NCBI RefSeq assembly: GCF_000284115.1
Contig: NC_017080.1
Coordinates: 870,001-902,000, forward strand
Direction of reading: 5' to 3'
Origin: Phycisphaera mikurensis NBRC 102666
Lineage (GTDB): Bacteria > Planctomycetota > Phycisphaerae > Phycisphaerales > Phycisphaeraceae
DNA length: 32,000 nt
A model generated the notes under the pieces. The model had not been told where the DNA came from and did no database searches. It was given only the letters and a program-made list of their open reading frames with translations. Every line of letters starts with the position of its first letter. Positions within the stretch are counted from its first letter, which is position 1. The position numbers were made by a program, and so were the translations under genes. Shown one piece after another: positions 9,393-18,053 of the stretch.

Positions 9393-11593
9393 CCGGTGCC
9401 CACGCCGAGCCCTGGGAAGCCGTCGGCGCCCTGAAGCTGCGGCTGCGCGACGGGCTGCGGTGGTCGCACCACGCCACGCCCGGCGGCGTCTGGCGCGTCG
9501 TCCGCAACCCGCTGTCGGGCCGGTGCGCCCGCGTGGACCGCGCCGGGTTCGTCTTCCTCCACGCCCTCGACGGCGAGCGGACGGCCGAGGAGGCGCTCGC
9601 CATCGCGGCCGAGACGCTCGGGCCCGCCGCGCCCGACCGCGAGGAGGCGCTCGGGCTGATCGCGTTCGCGACCTCCGCGGGCCTGCTCGGCCAGTCGCTC
9701 CCGCCGGCCGCCGCCGCCGTCGTCGAGCGACGCTCGGCCCGCCGGCGCGCCGCCCGGGTGCAGCGGGGTCTGTCGGTGCTGTTCTGGCGGCAGCGGCTGT
9801 GGAACCCGGATCGCCTGCTCGACCGGGTCGCCCCGCCGCTGTCGCCGGTGTTCTCGGGGCTCGGCTTCGCGGTCTGGCTGCTCGCGCTGCTCGCCGGCGC
9901 CTGGCACCTGGCGGCGGGCTCGGAGCGGTTCGCCGAGGCGCTGGCCGGCGCGCTGCGGTTCGATCCGGCCTACCTCCTGGGCGCACTCGGCGTCTTCGTC
10001 GGCCTCAAGCTGCTGCACGAGCTCGCCCACGGCGTGGCGTGCAAGCACTTCGGCCGCGGCGTGCCCGGCGGCTGCGAGGTGCCCGCGGTGGGGCTGATGC
10101 TGCTGGTCGCGGTGCCGGTGCCGTTCATCGACGTCACGTCCAGCTGGCTGATCCCCTCGCGCTGGGGGCGGGCGGCGGTCGCGGCCGCGGGGCTGTACGC
10201 CGAGCTCTTCGTGGCGGCCCTCGCCGCGGTGGTCTGGGCCCACACCGCGCCGGGCCTGCTGAACACCCTCGCCTTCCAGACGGTGCTGATCGCCTCGATC
10301 GCGACGATCCTCTTCAACGCCAACCCGCTGCTGCGGTACGACGGGTACCACGCCCTCGCCGACGCCGCCGGCATCGCCAACCTCGGGCAGCGTGCCCAGG
10401 CGATGGTCACCGGCGCGGCGCTGCGCCTCCTGGGCGTGCCCGCGGAGCGCGCCTTCGCCGCGGCGCCCGGCGGGGAGAGCTTGGGCGAGGCTTCGACGCG
10501 GCAGCGCGTCCTGCTGGTCGTCTACGCCGTGGCGTCGACCGCGTACCGGTGGCTGATCCTCGCCGTGATCGTGGTGATGGTCGGCGGGCAGTGGCTGCTG
10601 CTGGGCAAGGTGCTGGCGGCGATGGCCGCCGTCGGCTGGCTCGTGCTGCCCCTGGCCCGCTTCGTCGCCCGGCTGCGGCGCGAACTCGCCGAGGCCGGGC
10701 GCGGCCGCCGGGCGCTGGCGGTCGGCGGCGGCGTGGCGGCCGCCGCGGTCGCGCTCGCGGTGCTGGTTCCGGTGCCCCGCTTCGCCTTCGCGCCCGGCGT
10801 CGCCGAGGCGCGGGCGACGGCCCAGGTGCGGCCCCGCACGGGCGGCTTTCTCCGGCGCGTGCTCCCCGCGGGCGAGGCGGCGGACCCCGCGGGCCCGCCG
10901 CTGCTCACCCTCGCCGATCCGGCCCTCGCCGCCGAACGCGCCGGCGCCGCGGCCCAGCTCGCCGCCGCCCGCGTGCGGCTCGACGCCGCCGCCGGCGGCC
11001 CGCCGGCGGAGGCCGCGGCGCTCGCCGACCGCTGCGCGGCCCTCGCCGACCGCCTCGCCGAGCTCGACCGCCGGATCGCGGCCCTGCGCGTGCCCGCCGC
11101 CGCCGCGGGCGTGTGGATCCCCGAGGACCCGCACCTCGCCGCCGGCGACTTCCTCGCGCCCGGCGTGCCCGCGGGCGTGGTCGCCGATCTCTCCGGCCGG
11201 CGCGCCCGCCTGCTCGCCGACCAGCACCTCGGGCCCCGCCTCGCGGCGGCGATGGGCCCCGGCGGCCGGGTCACGGTGCGGTCCTCCGCCGGGCGCTTCG
11301 AGGCCCGCGTGCTGGAGATCGCCCCGGCCGGCTCCACCCGCCTGCCGTCCGCGGCCCTGGGCCAGGCCGGCGGCGGGGCGGTGCGGCTGGAGACCGGGCC
11401 GCGGCCGGACGCCGCGCCCGGCGGCGAGGCGGCCGAGCCCTTCTTCGAGGTCGTCCTCGACCTCGTCGCCCCCGCGGACGGCCGGCCGCTGCCGCTGCCC
11501 GGTGAGCGCCTCCGGGGCACCTTCCGCCTGCCCGCCGAGCCGCCGGCGGTGACCGCCGTCCGCTGGATCCGCCAGGCCCTGCTCGTGCGCTGA
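9389..11593 (+). CDS. PqqD-like domain + M50 (site-2 protease-like) membrane metallopeptidase + C-terminal HlyD-like region
   Basis: ATG at 9389 overlaps the upstream TGA (ATGA), so the track start at 9347 is probably too early. N-terminal GVWRVVRNPLSGRCARVDRAGFVFLHALDGERTAEEALAIA, zinc motif LHELAHGVACKHF, NPLLRYDGYHALADAAGIANL, C-terminal adaptor-like segment. Confidence 0.8.
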   Translation: MTGAHAEPWEAVGALKLRLRDGLRWSHHATPGGVWRVVRNPLSGRCARVDRAGFVFLHALDGERTAEEALAIAAETLGPAAPDREEALGLIAFATSAGLLGQSLPPAAAAVVERRSARRRAARVQRGLSVLFWRQRLWNPDRLLDRVAPPLSPVFSGLGFAVWLLALLAGAWHLAAGSERFAEALAGALRFDPAYLLGALGVFVGLKLLHELAHGVACKHFGRGVPGGCEVPAVGLMLLVAVPVPFIDVTSSWLIPSRWGRAAVAAAGLYAELFVAALAAVVWAHTAPGLLNTLAFQTVLIASIATILFNANPLLRYDGYHALADAAGIANLGQRAQAMVTGAALRLLGVPAERAFAAAPGGESLGEASTRQRVLLVVYAVASTAYRWLILAVIVVMVGGQWLLLGKVLAAMAAVGWLVLPLARFVARLRRELAEAGRGRRALAVGGGVAAAAVALAVLVPVPRFAFAPGVAEARATAQVRPRTGGFLRRVLPAGEAADPAGPPLLTLADPALAAERAGAAAQLAAARVRLDAAAGGPPAEAAALADRCAALADRLAELDRRIAALRVPAAAAGVWIPEDPHLAAGDFLAPGVPAGVVADLSGRRARLLADQHLGPRLAAAMGPGGRVTVRSSAGRFEARVLEIAPAGSTRLPSAALGQAGGGAVRLETGPRPDAAPGGEAAEPFFEVVLDLVAPADGRPLPLPGERLRGTFRLPAEPPAVTAVRWIRQALLVR

Positions 11594-11635
11594 GCGGCTC
11601 CGGCCCGCGGCTGGAGCGCCCCGCCACCCCGCGGC

Positions 11636-12565
11636 TCAATCCGCCGCGGCGTCGGCGACGGGGTCCGCACCGAGCGTCGCGAGGTCCAGCCCCACCGTGA
11701 AGCCGGCGGGCAGGCGGCCCCCGGGGTTCTCGATCTCGAAGACGCAGCGGAAGGAGCGGCTGCCCGGATCGATCTCCGGCAGCGCCGCGATCAGCCGGCC
11801 CCGCAGCGCTTCCGCCCCCGCCAGCGAGGAGCGGAAGCGGACGCGGGGCCCGGGGCCGTCGCGGCCGGCCCCGGCGAGGCGGTCGTGCAGACGCTCAGGG
11901 AGGTAGACCACCGCGTGCAGCGGGTCCAGCGCCGCCAGCCGCAGCACCGGATCCCGCGCCGCCACGCTCCCGCCCTCCGCCGCCTCGACCGCGAGCACGA
12001 CGGCGTCGAAGGGGGCCACCAGGCGGTGTTGGGCCAGCAGGGCCTCCTCCACCGCCAGCTCGGCGGCGGCCAGCGCCCGGCGCTGCCCCGCCGCGTCGCG
12101 GCGGGCCTCGGCCACCGTGACCGCCGTCCGCGCCGCCTCCAGCTCCCACGCCGGGGCCGCGCCCGAGGCGGCGGCCTCCTCGGTGCGTCCCAGCTCCCGG
12201 CGGGCCTGCTCCGCCACGGCCGCGAGCTCCACCGCCTCGGCGGTGGCGGAGGCGCGGACCCCGGCCGCGGCGACGCGGGCGGCCTGCACCGAGTCGTCCA
12301 GCCGCGCCAGCAGGTCGCCGGCCGCGACGGCCGCGCCCTCACGCACCGCGACCTCCGCCAGCGAGCCGCCGGTGAGCGCCCGCAGGACGACCTCCCGGCT
12401 CGGCCGCACGACCCCGATGGGGGCGTCGGTCGCGTCGGCCGCGGCGGCTGGATCGGCCTCGGCGTCCGCGGCGGGTTCCACCGCCGAGGCGTCCGCCGCG
12501 AGCGGCAGCCACGCCGCGAGCGCGGCGGCGAGGAGCATCCGGAGGGGTCGACGCGGGTGGTTCAT
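11636..12565 (-). CDS. Exported HlyD/RND-type periplasmic adaptor-like protein
   Basis: Start MNHPRRPLRMLLAAALAAWLPLAADASA (signal-peptide-like) at 12565; SLAEVAVREGAAVAAGDLLARLDDSVQAARVAAAG..., LVAPFDAVVLAVEAAEGGSVAARDPVLRLAALDPLHAVVYLPE. Confidence 0.75.
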   Translation of the reverse strand: MNHPRRPLRMLLAAALAAWLPLAADASAVEPAADAEADPAAAADATDAPIGVVRPSREVVLRALTGGSLAEVAVREGAAVAAGDLLARLDDSVQAARVAAAGVRASATAEAVELAAVAEQARRELGRTEEAAASGAAPAWELEAARTAVTVAEARRDAAGQRRALAAAELAVEEALLAQHRLVAPFDAVVLAVEAAEGGSVAARDPVLRLAALDPLHAVVYLPERLHDRLAGAGRDGPGPRVRFRSSLAGAEALRGRLIAALPEIDPGSRSFRCVFEIENPGGRLPAGFTVGLDLATLGADPVADAAAD

Positions 12566-12605
12566 GGGCCTGCCATCGGCCGGCGCGGCCCGCGAGCATC
12601 GCCGC

Positions 12606-12651
12606 GGCCGCGGACCGCCGCGGGGCGGGCGGTTTCGCGGCGGCGGTCCGC
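12606..12651. terminator. GC-rich inverted repeat between two minus-strand genes
   Basis: CCGCGGACCGCCGC (12606-12619) and GCGGCGGTCCGCGG (12638-12651) are perfect 14-bp reverse complements, just downstream of the gene ending at 12666. Confidence 0.5.
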
Positions 12652-12665
12652 GGCGGCCGCCGCGG

Positions 12666-13193
12666 TCACGCCGCCGGCACCGCCGGGGCGTCTTCGCCCG
12701 CGTCGGGACCGTCGGCAGCGGATCCGTCCAGGCCGGCGGCCCGCCGCGCCTCGCCGGTGAACTCCGCATCGCAGAGCACCTTGAAGCGCTGCGCCGCCAG
12801 GGAGCCGACGCTCGAGAAGTCACGCTTCCCGCCGGTCAGCAGGTAGGTGAGCAGGCGGAAGATCGCGCCGAGGATCGCCCCGTAGAGCACGCACATGAGC
12901 AGGAAGTTGACCCAGCCGCCCGGCTCCAGGGTGAAGGCGCCCAGCAGCAGGCCGATGAACAGGCCCAGGACCGCGCCCGAGCCGGCGCCCTGCAGCGCCG
13001 CCTTCCCGGGGTTGAGCCGGCCGGTCACCTTCTCGACGAACTGCAGCCCCTCACCGACGATCGCGCAGTGCTCGACGGGGAACCCGGCGTCGCTGAGGCG
13101 GTCGACGAGGGCCTGCGCCTCGGCGTAGGTCTTGAAGGTGCCCAGCACGGGGCGATCGGTGTCGGGAGCGGTCTGGTGGACGCCGGCGGGCAT
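12666..13193 (-). CDS. General stress protein 17M (YflT)-like domain membrane-associated protein
   Basis: RPVLGTFKTYAEAQALVDRLSDAGFPVEHCAIVGEGLQFVEKVTGRLNPGKAALQGAGSGAVLGLFIGLLLGAF matches the YflT-type pattern followed by a glycine-rich TM region. Confidence 0.75.
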   Translation of the reverse strand: MPAGVHQTAPDTDRPVLGTFKTYAEAQALVDRLSDAGFPVEHCAIVGEGLQFVEKVTGRLNPGKAALQGAGSGAVLGLFIGLLLGAFTLEPGGWVNFLLMCVLYGAILGAIFRLLTYLLTGGKRDFSSVGSLAAQRFKVLCDAEFTGEARRAAGLDGSAADGPDAGEDAPAVPAA

Positions 13194-13229
13194 GGGAGGG
13201 CCTTCTCGGGGTGGAGGAACGCAAGAAAT

Positions 13230-14237
13230 CTAGGCGGGCTCCGGCCCGGCCGCCCGCCTTCCCGGATCGTCCGCGCGGTAGGCCGCCGCGGCCTCCTCCA
13301 GCTTCGCCGCGACCCGCTCCCGCAGCGCCGGCGGGGCCTCCACCCGCGCCCCGGGGCCGTATCCGAGCACCCACCAGAGGATCTCGTCGAGGCCGTCGAC
13401 GCGGAAGCTCAGCGTCACCGAGCCGTCGTCGTGCCACGCGCTCTCCTGGCTGGGGTGCCAGAGGGTGGCCTCGGCCGTCTCGGCGAACGCGGGCAGGAAG
13501 CGGACGCGCACCTCGTCGATGCGTCCGTCGGGGCTGCGGATCATCCGCCACGCCGAGCCGAGGTGCCGGGCCATGGTGAAGCTCTCGGGCACCTCGAAGC
13601 GCGTGTCCGTCAGTTCGACCCGCGTGAAGCGCGAGAGCCGCAGGTTCCGCGCCTCCCCGCGCTCGCCGCGGCCGTGGTGCAGGCCCGTGACGTACCAAGC
13701 CCGCCGCGAGAAGTGCAGCTCCCAGGGGTCGAAGCGGAAGGATTCCGGCGGCTTGGTCAGGCTCTCGTAGAGGCAGGCGGCGGACCGCCGCTCGCGGATC
13801 GCCCGGTCCAGCCGCGCGTAGACGTCGTCGGCGACGCCGTCCTCCCGCGGCGAGGGCGCCAGCGACACCGCCGGCGTGGCTTCGCCGTCCGCGGCGACCA
13901 GCGCCGCCGGCAGCGCCGCCCGGAGCTTCCGCGCCGCCTCCCGCAGCGGCCGGTCCAGCGGCGTCGGCAGGGCGTTGCCCACCTCGCTCGCCAGCGTCAA
14001 TGCCGCCGCCTCCTCCAGCGTGAGGTCCGGCGGCTGCAGCCAGAAGCCGCGGCCGAGCCGGTGCGTGCCGGGCTTGCCCGGCTCGAAGCGGACCCCCGCC
14101 TCCCGCAGCTTCTCCAGGTAGCGGCGGGCGGTCCGGGGGGTCGTGCCCAGCGTCTCCGCGATCTGGGCCGTGGTCATCGCCCCGCCCGCCTGGAGGTGGA
14201 CGAGGAGCCGCAGCGTCCGCTTGAGGTGGTCGTTCAT
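13230..14237 (-). CDS. WYL-domain-containing HTH transcriptional regulator
   Basis: Start MNDHLKRTLRLLVHLQAGGAMTTAQIAETLGTTPRTARRYLEKLREAGVRFEPG (HTH) at 14237; C-terminal AIRERRSAACLYESLTK...WELHFSRRAWYVTGLHHGRGERRNLRLSRFTRVELTDTRFEVPE is WYL-like. Confidence 0.85.
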   Translation of the reverse strand: MNDHLKRTLRLLVHLQAGGAMTTAQIAETLGTTPRTARRYLEKLREAGVRFEPGKPGTHRLGRGFWLQPPDLTLEEAAALTLASEVGNALPTPLDRPLREAARKLRAALPAALVAADGEATPAVSLAPSPREDGVADDVYARLDRAIRERRSAACLYESLTKPPESFRFDPWELHFSRRAWYVTGLHHGRGERGEARNLRLSRFTRVELTDTRFEVPESFTMARHLGSAWRMIRSPDGRIDEVRVRFLPAFAETAEATLWHPSQESAWHDDGSVTLSFRVDGLDEILWWVLGYGPGARVEAPPALRERVAAKLEEAAAAYRADDPGRRAAGPEPA

Positions 14238-14548
14238 GGTCGGTGGGAGGCGGCGTGGCCACGGGCCTCCCCCCGGCGACCGCGGGCGGGAACCTATCGC
14301 AGGGTGCGCCCACCCCAAGCCCCGGGGCCGCCAGCCGCGGCGAGCGGCGCCTCCGCGGGCGCTGGCGGTGCACGCCGCGTGCGGAGGCCTCGGCTGCGCC
14401 GCCGCCGGCGGACAAGACGCTGTCCGCGCGAGCCACCGGGCTGCGTCCCCCGCGGTTGCGAGGAGGAGGGGAGTTCGTAGGATGTTCGGATGCTCCCGAA
14501 CGACCCGATCGCGTCCCGCCGGCCGGCCAGGCGCCGCCCCGGACGGCT

Positions 14549-14860
14549 TCAGGCGGCCTCGGACACCGGCAGCAGCCGCATGCCGCGCAGCGGGATCCGC
14601 GGGTCGTCGGTCACGGGCCGGACGTGGGGGAGCGTGGCTTCCCAGGTGTCGGTGTGCCCCTCGATGATCGAGACGACGCGGACCTTCCCCGCCGGCAGCT
14701 CGACGCCTTCGGCGGGGATCAGCCAGAGGTGGCACATCTGCGAGAGCGGGAAGCGGGCCCCGCCGGCCTCCGCGTAGAGTTCGGTGCGGAGCGTCGCCTC
14801 GCAGGAGCGCCGGGGGCCGATCGCCTCGCGGAACGCGTTCGGGGGGGAGGGTTCACGCAT
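14549..14860 (-). CDS. Small hypothetical protein
   Basis: MREPSPPNAFREAIGPRRSCEATLRTELYAEAGGARFPLSQMCHLWLIPAEGVELPAGKVRVVSIIEGHTDTWEATLPHVRPVTDDPRIPLRGMRLLPVSEAA; plausible composition, no family recognised. Confidence 0.5.
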   Translation of the reverse strand: MREPSPPNAFREAIGPRRSCEATLRTELYAEAGGARFPLSQMCHLWLIPAEGVELPAGKVRVVSIIEGHTDTWEATLPHVRPVTDDPRIPLRGMRLLPVSEAA

Positions 14861-15428
14861 GGATTCTTTCTCCGGAGACGCCACCGCCCGCGCCCGCCGC
14901 TACCTGCGGTCGCGAGACGCCTCCATCCTACTCGCTCCGGCCCGCGGGCTCCACGGGGACGTGATGCAGTCGACGCGGTCGACCTTTCTGAAGGTCTTCG
15001 GCCGCCGCGAGGCCTTCGAGCTCGAGTGGCGGGTGTACCGGAGGCTCCGCAGCGCCGGCGTGCTCGCGGTGAGCGGCTTCGCGGTGCCGAGCCTGCTCGA
15101 CGCCGACCCCACGCTCGGCGTGCTGGAGCTCTCGCGGGTGCAGCCGCCCTTCGTGCTGGACTTCGCCTCGGTGACGATCGACCAGACGCCCGAGCAGAGG
15201 TGGCCGGACGAGCCCGGCCGCCTGCAGGCGTCCTGGGCCCGGGCCGAGGAGGCGTTCTCGGCGCACCCGCCCGCGCACTGGGCCCGCGTCGTAGCGCTCT
15301 ACGAGGAATTCGGCCGCCGCTTCGGCGTCTGGATGCTCGACCTGCACCCCGGCAACATCGCCTTCGCCGACGCGGACCGGTCGGTCCCGTGTCCTACGCC
15401 ACCCAGAAAGTCCATGGGCGTCCGTTGA
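14859..15428 (+). pseudogene. Protein-kinase-like (Kdo kinase/WaaP-like fold) ORF, possibly truncated at its 3' end by the adjacent repeat region
   Basis: ATG at 14859 (MDSFSGDATARARRYLR...). 'STFLKVFGRREAFELEWRVYRRLRSAGV' resembles an N-lobe and 'FGVWMLDLHPGNIAFADADR' a catalytic loop; the reading then becomes atypical (SVPCPTPPRKSMGVR*) next to the repeats. Confidence 0.5.
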
Positions 15429-15498
15429 TGCACAGCCTCGGCTGCCACGCCCTCTCGGGTCCGACCCTCGACACGGACTTCTCAAACGGTCCATCTCC

Positions 15499-15989
15499 GG
15501 GTGCCACGCCGCTTGCGGGGTGGGGTGTCCGCAGGACACGCGGCGGATCCGCGCCTCCGCGGGCGGCGTGGCGCGTGCGGGAGGTTGTCGCGACGCGGCC
15601 ACCCCCCAAGGGGCGTGGCACCCGGGAGCCTCGAACAAGCGGAGAACTCGGGTGCCACGCCGCTCGCGGGGTGCGGTGTCCGCAGGACACGCGGCCGCTC
15701 CGCGGCTCCGCGGGCGTCGCCTCCGGCGTCCGCCATCCCGCAAGCGGCTTAGCGGATGCGGGAGGTTGTCGCGACGCGGCCACCCCCCAAGGGGCGTGGC
15801 ACCCGGGAGCCTCGAACAAGCGGAGAACTCGGGTGCCACGCCGCTCGCGGGGTGCGGTGTCCGCAGGACACACGGCGGATCCGCGGCTCCGCGGGCGTCG
15901 CCTCCGGCGCCCGCCACCCCGCAAGCGGCTTGGCGGGTGCGGGAGGTTGTCGCGACGCGGCCACCCCCCAAGGGGCGTGGCACCCGGGC
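15499..15989. repeat. Three tandem copies of a ~160-180 bp repeat unit with inverted termini (MITE/REP-like)
   Basis: Units start with GGGTGCCACGCC at 15499, 15650 and 15831. Each ends ...CGCGACGCGGCCACCCCCCAAGGGGCGTGGCACCC. GGGTGCCACGCC and GGCGTGGCACCC are perfect reverse complements. Confidence 0.85.
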
Positions 15990-16021
15990 ATCGGCCGCTC
16001 GAGAATCGCCCCGAACGCGTG

Positions 16022-17158
16022 TCAGTAGGTCCGGCCCCGCCAGGTGGCTTTCCCGCCCCCGAGCTTCCGCGCCAGGGCGTACCACTGGATGGCGACGAGG
16101 GTCGCGATGCCCACGGGGCGCAGGAGGAAGGCGCGGACGCCCTGGTGGAAGCGGCGGGTGACCGCGAGATTGGTCGCCAGCGCGAGCGCGGCGGGCGCCA
16201 GCGCCGCCCACGCGGGGACGGGCCAGGCGCCGAGGCACCAAGCGGCGGCGAGCACCCAGGGCAGGACCCAGCCGCCCAGGAGCAGCGTCGTCCAGGGCAG
16301 GATCGCCACCGGGGTCGCCATCGCCTCGGTCGCGTTCTTGGCGAAGCCGGCCCAGGTGCCGCGGAAGTCGTCGTACATGCGGCAGGTCGCGCTGCCGGTG
16401 CCGTCGAAGAGATCGGTGAGGTGGCCGGCCCGTCGGAAGGTTCGCGGCAGGGCGACGCCGTCGTGGATGCTGTGGCGGATCGCCGCGTGGCCGCCGCAGC
16501 CGAGGTAGGCGTCGCGGTCGGCGGCGAACCACTGGCCGCAGCCGGCCCCGAAGCCCGGCAGGGTCGAGGCGCGCATCCGCTTCATCGGCAGGTAGCCCAC
16601 GAGCACGGCGGCGATCTGCGGCACCACGAGGTCCTCCCCGGCGGAGGTCGTGAGCTGCTCGGGGAAGCCCGAGACCAGCGCGGCCGGGTTGCGGTCGAGC
16701 TCGGCGACGAGGCGGGCGAGCGTGCCGGGCCGGAGGCGCACGTCGGCGTCGATCCAGGCGAGCCGGCGGTGTCTCGCACGCTGGGCGAGCACCCAGCAGG
16801 CGTGCTGCTTGCCGTTCCACCCCTCCGGCAGCGGGGGCGCACGCTCCAGGCGCACCCGCGGGTCTTCGGCGGCGAGGGCCTCCACGGCGGCGGCCGTGCC
16901 GTCGGTGGAGTGGTCGTCGAGCACCACGACCTCCAGCGGCTCGACGCCGCCGGCCGCGGCGAGCACCGCCCGCACGCAGCCGGCGATGCCCGCCGCCTCG
17001 TCGCGGGCGGGGATGAGCACCGAGAGCCCGCCCGGCCCGGCCGGCGGGGCGGGCGCCTCGGGCAGCCGCCTGAAGCGCCCGAGGTTGCGGAAGGTCATCC
17101 AGGCGGGCAGGGCGGCGAGGGCCAGGATCACGAGCGAAGCGGCCAGCGGCCAGGTCAT
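16022..17158 (-). CDS. Family 2 glycosyltransferase (hopanoid-associated HpnB-like)
   Basis: SVLIPARDEAAGIAGCVRAVLAAAGGVEPLEVVVLDDHSTDGTAAAVEALAAEDPRVRLERAPPLPEGWNGKQHACWVLAQRARHRRLAWIDADVRL, with C-terminal TM helices. Confidence 0.85.
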   Translation of the reverse strand: MTWPLAASLVILALAALPAWMTFRNLGRFRRLPEAPAPPAGPGGLSVLIPARDEAAGIAGCVRAVLAAAGGVEPLEVVVLDDHSTDGTAAAVEALAAEDPRVRLERAPPLPEGWNGKQHACWVLAQRARHRRLAWIDADVRLRPGTLARLVAELDRNPAALVSGFPEQLTTSAGEDLVVPQIAAVLVGYLPMKRMRASTLPGFGAGCGQWFAADRDAYLGCGGHAAIRHSIHDGVALPRTFRRAGHLTDLFDGTGSATCRMYDDFRGTWAGFAKNATEAMATPVAILPWTTLLLGGWVLPWVLAAAWCLGAWPVPAWAALAPAALALATNLAVTRRFHQGVRAFLLRPVGIATLVAIQWYALARKLGGGKATWRGRTY

Positions 17159-17207
17159 GCGCGAGCGTAGGGAGCGGCCGTGGGCGCTCCACGCCGCCGC
17201 GCCGGCT

Positions 17208-18053
17208 TCAGCCGCGGGCGTCTTCGCCGTGCTCGGCGACGTAGGGCCGCCCGCGTGCCCAAGCTTTTGCGCGGCCCCAGAGGCCGTAGATCCCGCCGGG
17301 GCCGGCGGTGCCGCCGAGCACGGTGTCGAAGCGCGCGGGGTCCTGCCGCTCGGCGGCGACGGCGAGGCGGTCCATCGCGTCCTCGAGGCCGCCCTCCAGC
17401 GCCCGCTGCGCCGCGTCGACCCCGCCGGCCTCGCCCGCGAGCTCCGGGAGCGGCGTCGGCGTGCCGGCGGCGATCAGCAGCTCGGGGGTCTTGTCGTGCC
17501 AGAACGGGTACTCGACCGCGAGCGGGAGCACGACGACGCGGCCGGCGCGCGGATCCCTCGCGAGGCGGACGCAGAGGTGCGCGAGGCCCGGCCGCAGCCG
17601 GACCGGCCGGACCCGCGGGTCGGTGAAGGCGCCCTGCCCGGTGACCCAGAGCGACGCCCCCGGCGTCTTCAGCGCCGCGACGCCGGCCCGCAGGAAGGCC
17701 CGGCCGCCGGCGGCGCTGCCCGGGTCGACGCCGAAGAAGCCCAGCCGCTTGAAGACGCCGTAGCGCTCGAGCATCTCCGCGTGGATCGGCGCGTAGCTGA
17801 CCCCCTCACGCATCGGCGTGATGCTGCGCAGGACCACGCAGGTCATCGGGTCCCACCAGGCCGCGTGGTTCATCACGACCAGCACCGGGGCCTCGCGGGG
17901 GAGGCCCGACAGCGCCGGCCGGCTCGCCCGCAGCAGCCGCACCGCGTGGAAGTGCTTGGCGACGTACCGCCGGGCGTACCAGGTGAAGCCGCGGACCGCC
18001 GGCTCCCAGACGGCCGGCAGGTCGCGGTCCGCGGCTCGCCCCGGCCGGCTCAC
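17208..18053 (-). CDS. Lysophospholipid acyltransferase-like protein (PlsC family)
   Basis: Same frame as the 17208..18677 ORF, but coding character begins at GTG 18053 (VSRPGRAADRDLPAVWEPAVRGFTWYARRYVAKHFHAVRLL); VLVVMNHAAWWDPMTCVVL, AGVAALKTPGASLWVTGQGAFTDPR. GTGA overlap with the upstream gene. Confidence 0.75.
   Translation of the reverse strand: MSRPGRAADRDLPAVWEPAVRGFTWYARRYVAKHFHAVRLLRASRPALSGLPREAPVLVVMNHAAWWDPMTCVVLRSITPMREGVSYAPIHAEMLERYGVFKRLGFFGVDPGSAAGGRAFLRAGVAALKTPGASLWVTGQGAFTDPRVRPVRLRPGLAHLCVRLARDPRAGRVVVLPLAVEYPFWHDKTPELLIAAGTPTPLPELAGEAGGVDAAQRALEGGLEDAMDRLAVAAERQDPARFDTVLGGTAGPGGIYGLWGRAKAWARGRPYVAEHGEDARG

Noticed and set aside
8033-11227. 1064-aa minus-strand ORF
   Set aside because: Shadow of the HlyD and M50 genes; no recognisable domains, biased composition.
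15499-15989. CRISPR array or protein-coding repeats
   Set aside because: Only three long near-identical units with inverted ends, no spacers, and the six-frame translations differ in frame between copies and flanks.
14243-17170. 975-aa plus-strand ORF
   Set aside because: Crosses intergenic DNA, the kinase-like gene, the repeats and the antisense of the GT2 with low-complexity sequence; not a plausible protein.
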